DNA of 64,000 bases from Dehalococcoidia bacterium (GTDB lineage: Bacteria; Chloroflexota; Dehalococcoidia; Bin125), in assembly GCA_965261715.1 (NCBI GenBank), contig OZ253471.1, positions 624,763-688,762 of the forward strand. The letters are read 5' to 3'. The translations under genes and the position numbers were made by a program. A model generated the notes under the pieces. That model saw only the letters and a list, made by a program, of their open reading frames with translations. It was not told the DNA's origin and made no database searches. Positions within the stretch are counted from its first letter, which is position 1; each line of letters begins with the position of its first letter. Shown here in pieces: positions 62,866 through 64,000 of this stretch.

Positions 62866-62900
62866 CGCCCGACCTCGTGTCGGGCGGTTTTCGTTTCACC
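62866..62900 (+). terminator. Rho-independent terminator after 5S rRNA
   Basis: cccgcccgacctcgtgtcgggcgg followed by ttttcgtttc. Confidence 0.7.
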
Positions 62901-62977
62901 CAGCGACGCCGATTCGTCCACTGCCTCTGGAGGATGTCTCGCAAGTCCCCCTGCCGCTGCCGGGTTTCCAGGCTGAA

Positions 62978-63053
62978 CCCCGAGCGGGTCCCGGCTCGGA
63001 GGCCGGGACTGTGTGACGCGAACGGGTCCCGGCTCGGAGGCCGGGATTGGGAG
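62978..63053. repeat. Tandem pair of a 23-bp hairpin unit (gggtcccggctcggaggccggga) in the rpsA leader region
   Basis: The unit occurs twice, 15 bp apart. Each contains the inverted repeat tcccggc/gccggga. Confidence 0.6.
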
Positions 63054-63280
63054 TGATGAGACATTGCCCCTGTGGTACGATTTGGCAAACCCCAGAAAGG
63101 AGACGGGCAGGATTTCAGCGTCCGCGACGCTCACCATCCTGGGCGTGAGGCGCACCACTGAATCCTGCCCTACTCACCAAACCGTTGACGACACCTAGCA
63201 CTGACATCGCGTCCACCACCGCCACGGCCGAAGTTCCCCAGGAACCGCTAGCGCCCGTGGCGGCCAAAGAACCCACCACC

Positions 63281-64000
63281 ATGGACGAGCTCCTGGCCGA
63301 ACCCGGTCGGGAGCCGCTGAACCCCAGACGTGGCGACATCGTTGAAGGCATCGTCGTGCACTGGACCGGTACGGCCCTGATCGTTGATGTCGGCGCCAAG
63401 TCCGAGGGCATCGTCCACTTCGAGGAGATGCGCTCGCTGACCGACCAGGAGCGTGAGGCGCTCAAGACCGGCGATCCCGTCCACGTTTTTGTCACGGACT
63501 CCGAGTCGGAAGGCGGCTCGCTTGAGTTGTCCATTGACCGCGCCCGCGGCGAGCAGGGTTGGCATGAGCTGCAGCGCCGCTTCGACGAGAACGATGTCTT
63601 CGACGGCCGCGTGACCGGCTCGAACAAGGGTGGTCTGCTGGTCAACGTCGAGGGCGTCAACGCCTTTGTCCCGCTCTCGCAGATTGTCGAAATCACCGGT
63701 GACCGCGATCAGGCGATCGCACAGTTGGCTGAGTACGAAGGTCGCACGCTGCGGTTCAAGGTCATTGAGATCAACCGCCGCCGCAACCGCGTCATCCTTT
63801 CTGAGCGCGCCGCCGTCCAGGAATGGCGCGCCGAGCAGAAGGACCGCCTGCTGGAAGAGCTCCAGGAAGGCGAAATCCGCGCTGGCCGGGTCACGAGCAT
63901 CCGTTCATTCGGTGTGTTCGTCGACCTCGGAGGCGCTGATGGCCTGGCGCATCTCTCCGAGCTGAGCTGGGAACGCGATGTCGACCCCGAGGCGATGTTT
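63281..64000 (+). CDS. rpsA: 30S ribosomal protein S1, 5' portion (runs off window end)
   Basis: …RGDIVEGIVVHWTGTALIVDVGAKSEGIVHFEEM…VFDGRVTGSNKGGLLVNVEGVNAFVPLSQI…GRVTSIRSFGVFVDLGGADGLAHLSEL… are successive S1 domains. No stop before the window end, hence absent from the ORF track. GTG 63257 is an alternative start. Confidence 0.8.
   Translation, partial: MDELLAEPGREPLNPRRGDIVEGIVVHWTGTALIVDVGAKSEGIVHFEEMRSLTDQEREALKTGDPVHVFVTDSESEGGSLELSIDRARGEQGWHELQRRFDENDVFDGRVTGSNKGGLLVNVEGVNAFVPLSQIVEITGDRDQAIAQLAEYEGRTLRFKVIEINRRRNRVILSERAAVQEWRAEQKDRLLEELQEGEIRAGRVTSIRSFGVFVDLGGADGLAHLSELSWERDVDPEAMF

Noticed and set aside
62583-63696. Minus-strand ORFs 62583..63158, 62705..63088, 63115..63696
   Set aside because: They overlap the 5S rRNA, its terminator, and the antisense of rpsA.

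Overview
GC-rich bacterial chromosomal window with mostly housekeeping content. Left to right: sucC 3' part; Tat-lipoprotein hydrolase; a GrdB/PrdB-like reductase gene interrupted by one in-frame TGA (candidate selenoprotein); an Ldh-family oxidoreductase; DUF35 plus thiolase-like pair; a TPP riboswitch followed by an extended thiamine salvage and biosynthesis cluster (thiD-thiE-thiO-thiO'-thiS-thiG-tenA-thiXYZ-thiE') and a FAD/Fe-S oxidase fusion; tRNA-Phe; two tandem thymidylate-kinase-like genes; a cadherin-like secreted protein; an IS110 transposase sitting inside a REP/MITE-like repeat; tRNA-Ala(CGC) and a truncated ffh-rpsP-KH-rimM operon; gap; a lower-GC DUF3800 gene with two unknown genes; xerC/D; eno; uvrC; a tRNA-Arg/Leu/Val/Met cluster; a split methylmalonyl-CoA mutase/MeaB/epimerase cluster; ftsB; tilS. 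An rRNA locus then reads 16S-tRNA-Ile-tRNA-Ala, followed by a small VOC plus retropepsin-like cassette, a degenerate second tRNA-Ala copy, and a lower-GC two-gene Gabija-like defence operon (OLD-family ATPase/TOPRIM nuclease plus UvrD-like helicase), then 5S rRNA with no 23S in between, then rpsA (partial). At least three interleaved families of GC-rich palindromic MITE/REP-like repeats are scattered in intergenic regions. No CRISPR array was seen. All calls are from reading the sequence and ORF track, with no database search.
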